From IMG/VR virus record IMGVR_UViG_2938709436_000001, positions 27,717 through 91,716 of that record: 64,000 bases of DNA; one strand, given 5' to 3'. The stretch is from a virus (taxonomy: Duplodnaviria; Heunggongvirae; Uroviricota; Caudoviricetes). Position numbers and translations under genes: made by a program. Below the pieces are notes generated by a model that ran no database searches, was not told where the DNA came from, and worked only from the letters and a program-made list of their open reading frames with translations. Below, in pieces: positions 1-10,195 of the stretch (the stretch's first letter is position 1; each line of letters opens with the position of its first letter).

Positions 1-904
1 TAACAATGGCAGCATCGTTACCTTTGTCGCCCTTGTCTCCCTTCGGACCCTGTGCTCCGGTAAGACCCTGGATGCCTTGAGGACCTTGGTCTCCCTTATC
101 ACCCTTGTCTCCCTTGTCGCCTTTAGGACCTTGTGGACCTGTAGCACCAGTGGCACCCTGTGGACCAGTTGGTCCGACTTGCCCTACTGGTTGCCAACCA
201 TCTTCATCTCCGGTCCAAACCCACATCTGTTCCTGGATGATGTAGGTATCACCTTCAGTATTCCCTTCTTGTGGAAGGAATGCAGTGTCGGTGAAAGATC
301 CTTTGATTACCAGGCCGATACCATCCTGACCCTGTGGGCCAGCGAAGTCTCCAAGATCAACCCATTGCTGGTTTACAACAGTCCAGTAGTGTGTTCCAAT
401 AACATATGTATCGCCTTCCTGCATTGTTGATGCAGGTGGTAGTTGGGATGGATCTCCAACGATACCTTGGATGTAAATACCAACACCCGGTTCACCTTGC
501 GGCCCTTGGTCACCTTTATCGCCCTTTTCACCAGGCGGGACATATAGCCCCTCTTCACCTGGGTCGGTTACTTCTACGAGAGTGTTTCCAGTCTTAGTAG
601 AAATCGGGATGACGATCTGAGGAGGAGCAACATACAGCTTTCCACCCGCTAATACAAGCAGGTTGTCACTGATTGCACTGACACCAACGGAAAGACCGTC
701 AGCGCCAGCTACAAGTGCGTTTCCGGAAGCAGGATCTACAATAACAGTTGCCTTCAGTGGGGTAGTGGATGTACCATTACCGAGAAGTGTGACGGTGGTC
801 GTGTCTTCCGTGTGGAATTGACCATCATCAACAAAGGTCTCCCCCGCACCGCCCTCTGGGAGGATCAGTTCGGCGTTAACGACCTTATCATTGTAATCTG
901 CCAT
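1..904 (-). CDS. Collagen-like (GXY repeat) virion structural protein, probably tail-fibre-like; 5' complete, 3' end truncated by the window edge
   Basis: Reverse-strand translation from ATG at 904 gives [13 protein letters not shown]... followed by long G-X-Y runs ([52 protein letters not shown]). It lies directly downstream of the capsid module on the same strand. Confidence 0.6.
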   Translation of the reverse strand, partial: MADYNDKVVNAELILPEGGAGETFVDDGQFHTEDTTTVTLLGNGTSTTPLKATVIVDPASGNALVAGADGLSVGVSAISDNLLVLAGGKLYVAPPQIVIPISTKTGNTLVEVTDPGEEGLYVPPGEKGDKGDQGPQGEPGVGIYIQGIVGDPSQLPPASTMQEGDTYVIGTHYWTVVNQQWVDLGDFAGPQGQDGIGLVIKGSFTDTAFLPQEGNTEGDTYIIQEQMWVWTGDEDGWQPVGQVGPTGPQGATGATGPQGPKGDKGDKGDKGDQGPQGIQGLTGAQGPKGDKGDKGNDAAIV

Positions 905-913
905 TTTTACCCC

Positions 914-1437
914 TTATTTTGCAGGCTCTAGTTCTTCAAGAGCAGCCTTGAAGTCAGCCATCATGTTTTCGAAAGATTTGTTTTTCGCAAGGGTGATGCC
1001 TTTGGTTGCTGCCAGGTCAGCAAGTTTATCTTTGCTACCTTTCTTGTCAGCTTCATCATTGAGGGCTTCTGCTTCTGTCAGAATTGCTTCATAACTTGCA
1101 GATTTAACCTCGACTACCGGAGCATCAACCTTCGGAGCCACAGTAGCTTCAACTGCCTTACCGCGACGATTAGGGTTTGGAAGAGCGCTGTTGAAAAATA
1201 CGATGTATGTACCCATACGCAGTGTTGAATGTTCAGCATCTACATCCAGACCAGAGATCTCTGCAAGAGCCTTGAAGAAGTCAACGGAGTTGCGGAAAGC
1301 CTTGTGCTCTTTTCCAACACAAAATCCATTCAGAGGAAGACGTGCTGAAACACCAATATTCAGATCAGGAGCATAAGTGCCGAAGAATTTGAACAGTTCT
1401 ACTTTGTTCGGGAAAATACGATAGTTTTGATTAGCCA
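914..1437 (-). CDS. Hypothetical virion-associated protein
   Basis: Minus-strand ORF in the structural module. The internal ATG (MANQNYRIF...) is preceded by GGAG five nt upstream, so it is preferred over the upstream in-frame ATG of the track ORF (914..1471). Confidence 0.5.
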
Positions 1438-1512
1438 TAAAATCTCCATTGGTTACCTTAGTAAAAACCACTTGACACCAGTGATGAAGTGGCTATTATT
1501 AAGGTGACGAAA

Positions 1513-1552
1513 AAGAAAAAGGGAGAGGTGAATAATCACCTCCCCCTCTTAG
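1513..1552 (-). terminator. Rho-independent terminator downstream of the major capsid gene
   Basis: GC-rich inverted repeat gggagaggtg/cacctcccc followed by a T-run on the minus strand, immediately after the capsid gene stop. Confidence 0.55.
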
Positions 1553-1571
1553 AGGTAGCAGTTACGCTATC

Positions 1572-2585
1572 TTATGCGAAAGTACCAGTAGAGCGAACAA
1601 CCAGTTCCGGACGGGTGTTAACAGTCAGGAAGGAAGTTTCGGACTCAACCTTTTCTTCACGCAGGTATGCAGAAGATTTGTACCACAGGTACAGTTCTTG
1701 TGCAGGAGTGTTCGCTTCACGAACGTCATCTGCTGGTGCATAGTGAATCTGGAACATGTCGTCGATTCCTTGCGGCAGAATGTAAGCTTCACCATCAGGG
1801 ATGTAGTTGGAGATATCCTCGATGTAAGTTACGTTCTTGTGAACAAACATACGGTTGTTGGCGTTTTCCTGCCCTTGTCCCAGACGACGACGCAGCGGCT
1901 CTTGGGTAGAAGAGTAGTATTGGTAAGCGTTCATTACCAGCGGGTGAGCGATCAGCGCTGAGAACCACTTACGAGAAGCCAGAACTACGATGCCGTAGTT
2001 ATTACCGTTGTCACCAGCATTGTCGATGATGTACGCACGAGCGTCAGCTTCGATGATGTCAGTTGGATCGGTTGCTACATCGGTGAAGTCGATGTTAGCT
2101 GTGTGCTGAGTAACACCCCACTCGGTGAAGTAGTTGTACTGAGCGGTTGGGTCCTGTGGTGCCCAGGATTTACCCATGATCGCCTGAAGCATTGCTTTTT
2201 CTTTCAGTTGTTCATGAGAGATACGGATGCGTTTAACCACACGAGCAACAACATCTTCTACAGACTTCGGAGCGTCAGCAGTAAAATACTTACGGAAGTT
2301 CTGCACGTCTGCCGCTGTGATCTGACGATCCAGTGGGAAGAACGGAATGTTGAAGTTTTTCAGTTGGGCCTTTTCAGTACCAACGTAGTTACGTTCACCC
2401 TGACGACGACGAGCCGGGAAGTCAGTTACAACTTCATCAACACGTTCGATCTGAGCGACAGTCGTTACACCGTGGTACGCTGTGAACAGGTCCATGTTGG
2501 TGATCAGACGGTACTGACGTGGTACGATTTCCAGAGTAGCGCCGAGATCGACGATCTGGAAGTCATTAGTGCGTACTACTGCCAT
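1572..2585 (-). CDS. Major capsid protein (HK97-fold type)
   Basis: 337 aa ORF between the decoration-like and scaffold genes, in the canonical position. A strong terminator follows it. Size and composition fit a phage major head protein. Confidence 0.65.
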   Translation of the reverse strand: MAVVRTNDFQIVDLGATLEIVPRQYRLITNMDLFTAYHGVTTVAQIERVDEVVTDFPARRRQGERNYVGTEKAQLKNFNIPFFPLDRQITAADVQNFRKYFTADAPKSVEDVVARVVKRIRISHEQLKEKAMLQAIMGKSWAPQDPTAQYNYFTEWGVTQHTANIDFTDVATDPTDIIEADARAYIIDNAGDNGNNYGIVVLASRKWFSALIAHPLVMNAYQYYSSTQEPLRRRLGQGQENANNRMFVHKNVTYIEDISNYIPDGEAYILPQGIDDMFQIHYAPADDVREANTPAQELYLWYKSSAYLREEKVESETSFLTVNTRPELVVRSTGTFA

Positions 2586-2606
2586 TGTTATTCTCCTTGG
2601 TGTAGA

Positions 2607-3026
2607 TTAGATAGACGTTACTGGGATCTCAACGGAACCGTCGTAATATTTATCAGTGATCTTCAGACCTTTGGCCTCAAGAGCAGCGATAGCGGCAGCG
2701 TTGATTGCAGTAGTACCGTCAGCGAAAAACAGTTTAAATTTGTTCAGGGTCAGACCACGAACAGCCACGACGAAGTTGTACTTCTGTCCTACTACGAAAG
2801 GACGCGGAGCGTCATACGCAGGAACAAGGTCACGGTCGGTGATCACACCAAATGCGCTTGCAGCATCGCCAGTTGCAGCCAGAGTACCGTCTGCCTTAAC
2901 GATCATACCAGCCTTCAGGCCAGCGCTGTAGGTGATTTCCATTTCCAGGAAGCTGTAGCCCTGGTCAGAAGAGTCCACTTTACCCAGAACGATGTCAGAG
3001 TAGTACCCTTGGATTGGATTAGCCAT
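2607..3026 (-). CDS. Head decoration-like protein
   Basis: 139 aa Ala/Gly-rich small protein immediately upstream of the capsid gene. This is the usual position for a decoration or cement protein. Confidence 0.4.
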   Translation of the reverse strand: MANPIQGYYSDIVLGKVDSSDQGYSFLEMEITYSAGLKAGMIVKADGTLAATGDAASAFGVITDRDLVPAYDAPRPFVVGQKYNFVVAVRGLTLNKFKLFFADGTTAINAAAIAALEAKGLKITDKYYDGSVEIPVTSI

Positions 3027-3046
3027 TTATTTAAATCTCCTCGATA

Positions 3047-4048
3047 TTAGGCGTTTTGTGCAGCTTCACGAGCGCGAGCTTTCGCTTTCTCGATGTTTGC
3101 TTTCAGAATGTCTTCAGCAGACTTGTTGATGTCATCAACAGGCGCTTCAGCACCAGATCCGTGTTCAGCAGTGCTGAATTCTTTCTTCACGGTTTCAACT
3201 TCTGTTTCCAGTTCGCTAATACGAGCCTGAGCTTTTTCCAGAAGAGCTACTACCGGGGCATTAGCTTTTTCGATGATGAAATCAGCCAGTGATGCGTGGT
3301 CAGCTTCAGCAGCAAAGGTGAAACCTTTCGCTTTAGTCAGAGCAGCATTCTTTTCTACTTGCTCCGCAGCCTTGATAATTTCATCAGCAGCAGCAGCTTT
3401 CGCTTTGGCATCTTCCAGTTGCTTAACCAGGTCAAGGTATTCTTGAGACTTGGTTACATCAGTAACATTATCGGACACTGAGGTCTCCTTATTTTCTTTG
3501 GATGTATCAATTACAGGGTCAGTACCTGCTTCTTTGACGACCCCAGTTACCTGGAGATCTTTGGACTCACCTTCTGTGAAGGTCAGACCTAATTCGCTTA
3601 CACCTTTCTCAAACAGTTGCTGAAGTTTCAGCAGTTCATACTGTTTAACAAGGTCGATTTGTTCACCGCTGTTTGCAGCTTTCGCAATGGAGATTGACTC
3701 CATACGATCTTCAAGCCATTCCTGATGTTGTGCATTCCAAGCTTGGACCCACTCATCGTCAGGATTTTCAGCAGCTTCATTTTCAAGTTCAGTTTCAAAG
3801 CCTAACAGCTTAGTAAGCAGTTCAGCGTCATCACTCCACATATAGAAGAATCTACGCAGGAACTCTTCAAAGCTCATAGAGACAGTAACTTGCTGCAATG
3901 CCTTGATAACGTCTTCGGTAATCTGTTCTGGTTGCAGGTCAGACTTCATTAGAAGTGACACTGGACGCAGGTTTGCAGAAAATCCTTGACTCTCGTGGCA
4001 GAGTGCGATACCTTTCTCTTTAATGGCTTTGGCTTTAGCAATTGTCAT
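3047..4048 (-). CDS. Scaffolding protein
   Basis: 333 aa, highly acidic, A/E/K-rich, coiled-coil-like sequence. It sits between the portal/protease and capsid genes. Confidence 0.55.
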   Translation of the reverse strand: MTIAKAKAIKEKGIALCHESQGFSANLRPVSLLMKSDLQPEQITEDVIKALQQVTVSMSFEEFLRRFFYMWSDDAELLTKLLGFETELENEAAENPDDEWVQAWNAQHQEWLEDRMESISIAKAANSGEQIDLVKQYELLKLQQLFEKGVSELGLTFTEGESKDLQVTGVVKEAGTDPVIDTSKENKETSVSDNVTDVTKSQEYLDLVKQLEDAKAKAAAADEIIKAAEQVEKNAALTKAKGFTFAAEADHASLADFIIEKANAPVVALLEKAQARISELETEVETVKKEFSTAEHGSGAEAPVDDINKSAEDILKANIEKAKARAREAAQNA

Positions 4049-4674
4049 TCGCCATCTTCCTCAACATATTCGACACCGAAATCAACGTTGCTGATCTCAC
4101 CTGTTTCTTTGTTGATGGAGCCGGAGCACTGAATGCTTAGACCACCCACAACGTTAGACTTTTTGAGGTCCCAGAGAACAGGGTCGTTATATTTAACTTT
4201 AGCTACCCAGGTGCCAGCTTTAATTACCTGCTCGGTCCCGATAACCACCACATCAAATTCTTCCTGAATCCAAGTCTTCTCGATTGTGAAAGAGTCAGTC
4301 TCAATCATGTGGAAGAGGTTCTCTTTAACAATACCAGCTTCGTGTGCCTTATCAAAAGACTGCTTGGCCTTGGCAATTGTCTCAGCAGACATCCATTCGC
4401 CGTGAGCATCTTTAGCGTCTGGTTCGTAAATGACTTCATAGGAAATCATCTGCTCTCCAGCATCTTTCTGGACGCTTACAACAGAGGTTGACTTATTGAT
4501 TTCAGTTTTAACGTTCACGTTTAGAACGTCTTTGGAAGCCTTCTCGATAGCGGCTTCAGGAGATTGGCCTGAAGCAATCAGGCCATTTGCAATATTCAGT
4601 ACCTTGCTCTTCTGAACGAGAGACAGATCAGATACTGATGCAGGAAGGTCAGCAATACTTGTGTATTTCATCAT
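4045..4674 (-). CDS. Head morphogenesis protein, possibly the prohead protease
   Basis: 209 aa ORF located between the portal and scaffold genes, where a prohead protease usually sits. No catalytic motif was verified. Confidence 0.35.
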   Translation of the reverse strand: MMKYTSIADLPASVSDLSLVQKSKVLNIANGLIASGQSPEAAIEKASKDVLNVNVKTEINKSTSVVSVQKDAGEQMISYEVIYEPDAKDAHGEWMSAETIAKAKQSFDKAHEAGIVKENLFHMIETDSFTIEKTWIQEEFDVVVIGTEQVIKAGTWVAKVKYNDPVLWDLKKSNVVGGLSIQCSGSINKETGEISNVDFGVEYVEEDGE

Positions 4675-4740
4675 TTTCCCCGTTGATAGTTATTTTAACA
4701 CCGTTCATTTTCTTTTGCAAGCTATTTCAGTAAGTTGAAA

Positions 4741-6291
4741 TTAATTATCCATATTGGATACAGAATTGTCTCTTGTTGAGGAGATTTTTCCTGTTCCATT
4801 ACCACTAGAGCCTGCTGTCATACCATCACCGGAGCGACTGGTATCCTGACCAAGGAGTTTCAGAAGCTCGTCAGTAGACATGTCTTCTGGAATTTCCTCA
4901 TCAAAGCCACCAACTTCAAGGATCTTGTTGATAACCGTAGGAGTTTTAGGTAAGTAACCAACAGCACCAATACGCTGAACAAACTTGGAGAAGCCTTCCA
5001 TGTCCACTTCCTGAATCAGGCCAGGTTTCAGTTTTGGCATGTCTTCGTCAGAAAGACGAATATCATTCAGTGCCAGAAGCTGAGGGATCAGATTCTTATT
5101 AAATGCTTCAACAATGATGTCAATATCGCGTTGAACGAAATGTCCGTGGATAGACTGTTTGGATTCGGACAGATTGTAAGAACCCTGACCATCGTTACCA
5201 AGGTTGATAAATCCAGCACCAAAGCGGTCAAGGATCGCTTTCTTACGGGAGTTAACCAGTTCTTGAGTGCTATACTGTTTACCAGCACCGTCAATGCCCT
5301 TCAGGGCCATTTTGTACTGTTCACCACCCTGAGCGTTCATATCAGAAGGAAGGATGAAGTAAGCCTGCTCACCTGCGTGTGCGTTTGCAGCATCTGCCAT
5401 TAACCCCTGAACCATTTCGGCCTCTGGAGATTTTGGGTCCATTGCTGCTTTGTTCAGGATCTGAGAGGGAATCTTAAGTTCGATGATACCGCCAAGGTCT
5501 TTGGAAGCACCAATGGTTTCAAGGTTCTCAATCAGAATCTTCTCACGGAAAGCACGATAACACCCAACCAAAGGAGAAACCCCCGCTGGGTTTGATTCTG
5601 TGCCACCAAGACTCATCACCATCAGTTTGTTGATCGGGATAAAGACCTCATCAGCGGAAGAGGTTAGGTTGGTTACTAAACTCATCGCAGAAGAAATCTG
5701 AGTCAGGCCGTTCTGGAAGTTTGCAAAGGCCATTTTGCTTTGATAGATGCCCTTCAGTGTTCGTCCGTCATCGTCAAAAACCCAAGGTTTAGAACGTGAA
5801 AGACTTGACTGTGGACGGAAAGCAATCTTATCAATCGTAATGTAGCCAGCGTACTTTGACGGAGTTGATTCTGTGCGGTATACTTTCTCAAAGATGGAGA
5901 ATCCATATTCGTTGAAGGTTGCTGCACTGCGAGCAACATCACGAAGAGTTTGCTGGTTGGCAAGGTTCTTCAGGGCGTACTCTACAAACTCAGCGGCATC
6001 TTTAGACTCTTTGCTATCACGATTGAACAGGATTTTAAAATCGTTGAATGCTTTGGTTACGAATACGTATTTCGTATCAAGCGCCGTAGAGACTGTATGA
6101 TCCTGCTTCATTGCCTCTACGGTTGCCAGGAAGCAAGGCCAGCGTAGCTCTTCTACCTTCATCACTTCGGACTCTGCACGAAGCTGGGAGAGAGCACCAG
6201 AGCCTAATTCCCCGGTACGGAGGCGGCTAACGGCAAGGTTTTCATTCCCAGCCTTTACAACCGCCCCTGGTTGTGCAAATCTTGTTGACAC
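4741..6291 (-). CDS. Portal protein
   Basis: 516 aa ORF immediately downstream of the large terminase on the same strand. Its size and acidic C-terminus are typical of a portal protein. Confidence 0.6.
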   Translation of the reverse strand: MSTRFAQPGAVVKAGNENLAVSRLRTGELGSGALSQLRAESEVMKVEELRWPCFLATVEAMKQDHTVSTALDTKYVFVTKAFNDFKILFNRDSKESKDAAEFVEYALKNLANQQTLRDVARSAATFNEYGFSIFEKVYRTESTPSKYAGYITIDKIAFRPQSSLSRSKPWVFDDDGRTLKGIYQSKMAFANFQNGLTQISSAMSLVTNLTSSADEVFIPINKLMVMSLGGTESNPAGVSPLVGCYRAFREKILIENLETIGASKDLGGIIELKIPSQILNKAAMDPKSPEAEMVQGLMADAANAHAGEQAYFILPSDMNAQGGEQYKMALKGIDGAGKQYSTQELVNSRKKAILDRFGAGFINLGNDGQGSYNLSESKQSIHGHFVQRDIDIIVEAFNKNLIPQLLALNDIRLSDEDMPKLKPGLIQEVDMEGFSKFVQRIGAVGYLPKTPTVINKILEVGGFDEEIPEDMSTDELLKLLGQDTSRSGDGMTAGSSGNGTGKISSTRDNSVSNMDN

Positions 6292-6306
6292 GAGTTATCC
6301 CCTCTG

Positions 6307-7806
6307 TTAAAGTCTTTTATACAAGGTCGGAGCAACAATTTTCGGGATTACGACAGGTCTGATGATTTCGTTCTTCTCAAGGTAGTTGATACCAGAGGCC
6401 ACGCAGTCAGCCCAGTCATCCTTACGGGTTGTTGTGCTTCGTTCACCATTGAACTTCTCAAGCTCTGTCATAAGGGCTTCATAAGTTTTAGCGTCAAAGC
6501 TATCTCTTACGATACGCACCATGCCAGACTGAGCCAGTTTTGCAAATGGAGTGAAGCGTGTAAGTTTTGATTTGTTACCCGGTGTAGGATCTCGTTCTAC
6601 GATAAATCCTTCAGCAAGAAGCTCACGGGAACTTGTTGTGAACTCACTAATGCCAGCCTGACCTGGGTCAACGTTGAAAATGATAACAACGTCATCACCA
6701 TCAAAGTGGGCTTGCTTCTTAATGATAACATCTCGTTCACCAGCTTTTTTACAGAAACGACCTTGTGTTTGCGTTGAATACATTCCGTCATCAACGAACT
6801 CAGGGCAATAGTCACCAGACAGGTAGTAGAACCCGTCACTATCTTTACTCACCTTAACAGATGCGGTAAAGTCGGGGTATCTGTTGCCAGAGGTTCTCTC
6901 TGTGCCTGCCTTGTCATAAGGACGGACTGATGTCACACCCAAAGGAAGGCAAGGAACTTCTTTCAAATAGGATCGCTGGAAATAGTTTGCACCTTCAGGG
7001 CGAACCTTCCAGTTACCGTGGAGTAGCTGTGCCTTTTCGATCTCTGGGAGACCTTCAAGGAAGGCAAGATAATCCGGGTTATTGTCAAGCATCGGTGGGT
7101 TATCAAAGATAGTAGCACTGATGAATGAGAAGGACAGTGGCTTCGGCTTCTTACGAACATCCACACCGTCCCAATATTTCTCGATCAACTCTTCAGCACT
7201 TTCACCCCAAATAAATTCACCATCACGGCGAATGAACCAACGGATAACACCGTCACGCTCAGGGATCGGGAACCCATCATCATCAAGATACCATTCGATC
7301 AACTCTTTGATTTTGTGGTCTGGGTCCGGGTTACAAGAGATAACCATGCGACTTGGGTATTTGGATTCAGAACGAAGACGAGACATAAGGTATTCGATCT
7401 GAGACCATTCAAACTGTGTTCCTTCGTCAAATCCAACAAAGGTATATTGCAGACCCTGGTGGGAATACTTATCTTTCTCATATTCCATGTGGGACCACTT
7501 AACTTTCGCACCAGAAGGGAAAATTGCCTCAAGGTCTTTCTCCCTGAAGCGTGGCTTCCATTCAGGAGCAAGCTGTGTGTAGATGCCTCGTGCAGTATCA
7601 TACAGACCACCACCACCCTTCAACTGGGGGGTGTTTCTACGGAACATAATACAGTTTGTTCTTGGGTCGTCGATAATGTTGAGGGGCATCAATTGAAGCA
7701 GGTAAGATTTACCTGACCCCGCCGCACCCCCAATGATCAGGATTTGTGCGTTGTTTTCCAGGATCATTTTCTGCTTGGGGCTGGCAGGTCCGAATGTTTT
7801 ACTCAA
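6307..7806 (-). CDS. terL: Terminase large subunit
   Basis: Walker A motif IIGGAAGSGKSY near the N-terminus, 499 aa. TTG start preceded by GGAGG. Confidence 0.8.
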   Translation of the reverse strand: MSKTFGPASPKQKMILENNAQILIIGGAAGSGKSYLLQLMPLNIIDDPRTNCIMFRRNTPQLKGGGGLYDTARGIYTQLAPEWKPRFREKDLEAIFPSGAKVKWSHMEYEKDKYSHQGLQYTFVGFDEGTQFEWSQIEYLMSRLRSESKYPSRMVISCNPDPDHKIKELIEWYLDDDGFPIPERDGVIRWFIRRDGEFIWGESAEELIEKYWDGVDVRKKPKPLSFSFISATIFDNPPMLDNNPDYLAFLEGLPEIEKAQLLHGNWKVRPEGANYFQRSYLKEVPCLPLGVTSVRPYDKAGTERTSGNRYPDFTASVKVSKDSDGFYYLSGDYCPEFVDDGMYSTQTQGRFCKKAGERDVIIKKQAHFDGDDVVIIFNVDPGQAGISEFTTSSRELLAEGFIVERDPTPGNKSKLTRFTPFAKLAQSGMVRIVRDSFDAKTYEALMTELEKFNGERSTTTRKDDWADCVASGINYLEKNEIIRPVVIPKIVAPTLYKRL

Positions 7807-7905
7807 AAGACCTCCATTTTATGCCTTAAATTGGCCTATAGGAGGTAGTTTACCATGAAACCTGATAAAAATAAAGCCCTTATCATAAAATAAGGGCCTT
7901 GTCAA

Positions 7906-8196
7906 TCACTTTTTAGGATCAAATATGTTTCGAATATATTGCTGGAGTATGCGTAGTTTGCTACGGTCATTGGCTCCGTCAATGTTATTCTTCTTCATGA
8001 TCGCACTGTTTACCGAGTTGTCTGCACCATAAGGGAGTGGTGTTGGTTCAACAGGGTCAACCATTGCCCCAGCAGGGGGCTTTGCGAGCACCTCTGCCGG
8101 GTTAAACTTTTGCACAACAGGTACGACTTCAGGAGGATTCCTGCACCCGCTAACAAGCGCTGTAGCGACTAATACGGCTATGATTGTCTTTCTCAT
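7906..8196 (-). CDS. Outer-membrane spanin subunit (lipoprotein, Rz1-like)
   Basis: Signal peptide with lipobox LVSGC and a proline-rich mature region. Its start overlaps the upstream TM/coiled-coil gene by 4 nt. Confidence 0.6.
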   Translation of the reverse strand: MRKTIIAVLVATALVSGCRNPPEVVPVVQKFNPAEVLAKPPAGAMVDPVEPTPLPYGADNSVNSAIMKKNNIDGANDRSKLRILQQYIRNIFDPKK

Positions 8197-8597
8197 CTCA
8201 ACCCCAGGCTCTCGTTGTAGATATCCACAAAGTCATTGTCCAGACCTTTCTTCTTCCCGTTATCGGAGTTCTGATAAGCGGCCTGTTTCTTGTCAAGCTC
8301 TGACTGCAACTTCGCATTCTTCGCCTTCTCTTCTTCAAGTTGTTTACTCAACTCATCAGAAGCTTTTTGCTGATTGTCTTTGTAGTCATGGTTAGCATTC
8401 TTGTTCTCTTGTTGTTTAGCGACCCACTTATCATCAGTATCCTTCACGCCACGATTATAAGATGCTGTAATCTGGTCGTTATACCAGTGCTTAGTGTAAA
8501 CTGCCCCGGACAACAGGGCAATGGCTAAGAATGCTGCAACTACCAGTTTGGTATTATTCCTGATAAAGGAAATCACCAGTTTAAATATGTCTGTCAT
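8193..8597 (-). CDS. Inner-membrane spanin subunit (Rz-like)
   Basis: N-terminal transmembrane helix (LVVAAFLAIALLSGAVY) followed by a charged coiled-coil region. Immediately followed by the lipoprotein gene. Confidence 0.6.
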   Translation of the reverse strand: MTDIFKLVISFIRNNTKLVVAAFLAIALLSGAVYTKHWYNDQITASYNRGVKDTDDKWVAKQQENKNANHDYKDNQQKASDELSKQLEEEKAKNAKLQSELDKKQAAYQNSDNGKKKGLDNDFVDIYNESLGLR

Positions 8598-10018
8598 GAA
8601 ATATCCCCGTTAGATTCAATAAGCCGCTCTATTTTCAGAAGCGTTTCTTCATCATCTAAAATGTCAATCTGTGCATCGTCATAGGCGATTTTCGTTGGGT
8701 CAAGGACAGTGACCTCCAGAAGCACAGCCCCAGGTTTTGATAATCTGTCTCCCCATCTCCCTGTCTTCCCTTTCTCTCCCCACGACTTGTAAACGTCATA
8801 CGCCTCTTTCTCATCAATATAAACGTTCATGTACTTGAGGAGCTTATCAGCAGGTTTTGTCTCAAGAAGACCAACGGCCTGTTGCGGGTTGTTGGCCTGC
8901 ATCAAATAGAAGTTCTCTGCCGGACAGACACCCCACAGTTTAGAGAAATGTGGACGCCCGGTGTTGATACGTAACCGTTGATACATAGTGAAGATGTTCT
9001 CTGGTTTCAAACCACGATATCTACTGAACTGTCCTTTTTCGGATTCAGTTGCGATAGAGGAGATCAGATAATCCCCTGCTGAATCTAGTTTATCAAATAA
9101 CAGATCAAATGAAAATGGTCTTGTTTCATTGAATAAGTCTTCAACGTTTGTACCATACATCCCGCTCAGATGCGCCTTGGCATCTTCCCACGACTCGATT
9201 TTAAGTCCTGACGCTGCAATACCAAGCTTCATTGTTTCTCGACGAGAGATCGTGTAGCCACGGGCGCGATACTTATCAGAGCGTAGCATACTGATAATGG
9301 GGTAATCAGTGCCTGGGTTAATCACCAGAACTTTCTGAGCTAAGTGTTTAAGGAATCGGCTATCAAACTCCCATTTCTCGCTAGCAAAGCTAAAGCACCC
9401 CATGTTGATCGTAAAGTCGAACTTGTTAAATATTGCCTCTGCATCAGCAAAAACATCAAATGCGATCACCTGCATAACGGGAGAGGATTGATTGGTGAAC
9501 ATGACGCTCTTATCAGTCATCCCTAGATTGTAGATGGTATCTGGATTACTGTCTTCAGAGGCCTTTTGAATGGCCTTGAAAACATTACCGTTACGAGATT
9601 CAAGCAAAGAATAAAGCTTTGAAAGCTGGCTAGCTGAAAGCTCTGTAGGTGGTCGTTCTTTTCTTTCGCATACCAAGGTATTCACGTAGTCTTTATGGCT
9701 ACCCGGCTTGTCAAGCTCAAGGAAGTATACGAATGAACGCTTGGAGTTGCCCCAGTTGTTTGAAGTTGGGGTAAGATCGCTGTCCCCAACCAAGAGTCCA
9801 CGATCAGTCATGTATGCCAGAAAAACCTCAAGATTCTCCCAAGATGGGAAATAGAGATCAAGGTCATTCACTTCCCGGTTAGAGAAAAGTGATGTCAGCG
9901 TACCACCCGCAACACGGGCATCAAGCCGCTTAAGGATCTCATACACACCTTTCGGGATCAGGCTGTTGAGGATGTTGAATTCACGTTGAAAGTCTTCTTT
10001 TGGATAGATATGAAGCAT
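8594..10018 (-). CDS. Hypothetical protein with a Pol-beta-type nucleotidyltransferase-like motif
   Basis: Start chosen at the ATG (MLHIYPKED...) preceded by AAGGAG, rather than the TTG start of the track ORF (8594..10078). The sequence VAGGTLTSLFSNREVNDLDLYF fits the hG[GS]-x(9-13)-Dh[DE]h pattern. Confidence 0.5.
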   Translation of the reverse strand: MLHIYPKEDFQREFNILNSLIPKGVYEILKRLDARVAGGTLTSLFSNREVNDLDLYFPSWENLEVFLAYMTDRGLLVGDSDLTPTSNNWGNSKRSFVYFLELDKPGSHKDYVNTLVCERKERPPTELSASQLSKLYSLLESRNGNVFKAIQKASEDSNPDTIYNLGMTDKSVMFTNQSSPVMQVIAFDVFADAEAIFNKFDFTINMGCFSFASEKWEFDSRFLKHLAQKVLVINPGTDYPIISMLRSDKYRARGYTISRRETMKLGIAASGLKIESWEDAKAHLSGMYGTNVEDLFNETRPFSFDLLFDKLDSAGDYLISSIATESEKGQFSRYRGLKPENIFTMYQRLRINTGRPHFSKLWGVCPAENFYLMQANNPQQAVGLLETKPADKLLKYMNVYIDEKEAYDVYKSWGEKGKTGRWGDRLSKPGAVLLEVTVLDPTKIAYDDAQIDILDDEETLLKIERLIESNGDIS

Positions 10019-10195
10019 GGTTTTCTCCTTTGGTTTAGTTAACCATTGGAGTGTACCAGAAAAAGAAAAGCCCCGCAAGAGCGGGGCGAGGCAAAGGAGA
10101 GGAGATTGAATATTTATTATTATTAGAATATGGTGGGGTGTTCCCTACTGAGGGACTCTTACGGTGCAGGACTGCTCCTGGATACCCCATTGTTT

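Noticed and set aside
77-597. Plus-strand ORFs 77..430, 406..597 and minus-strand 373..558
   Set aside because: They lie inside or opposite the collagen-like structural gene. The Leu / Val / Ser-rich translations are typical antisense artefacts of GXY-repeat coding sequence.
1191-3481. Plus-strand ORFs opposite the capsid, decoration and scaffold genes (1191..1376, 1489..1743, 1667..1961, 2103..3050, 2656..2931, 3056..3481)
   Set aside because: They fully overlap well-supported minus-strand structural genes. They have no RBS, and their composition is low-complexity, antisense-like (Val / Ser / Leu-rich).
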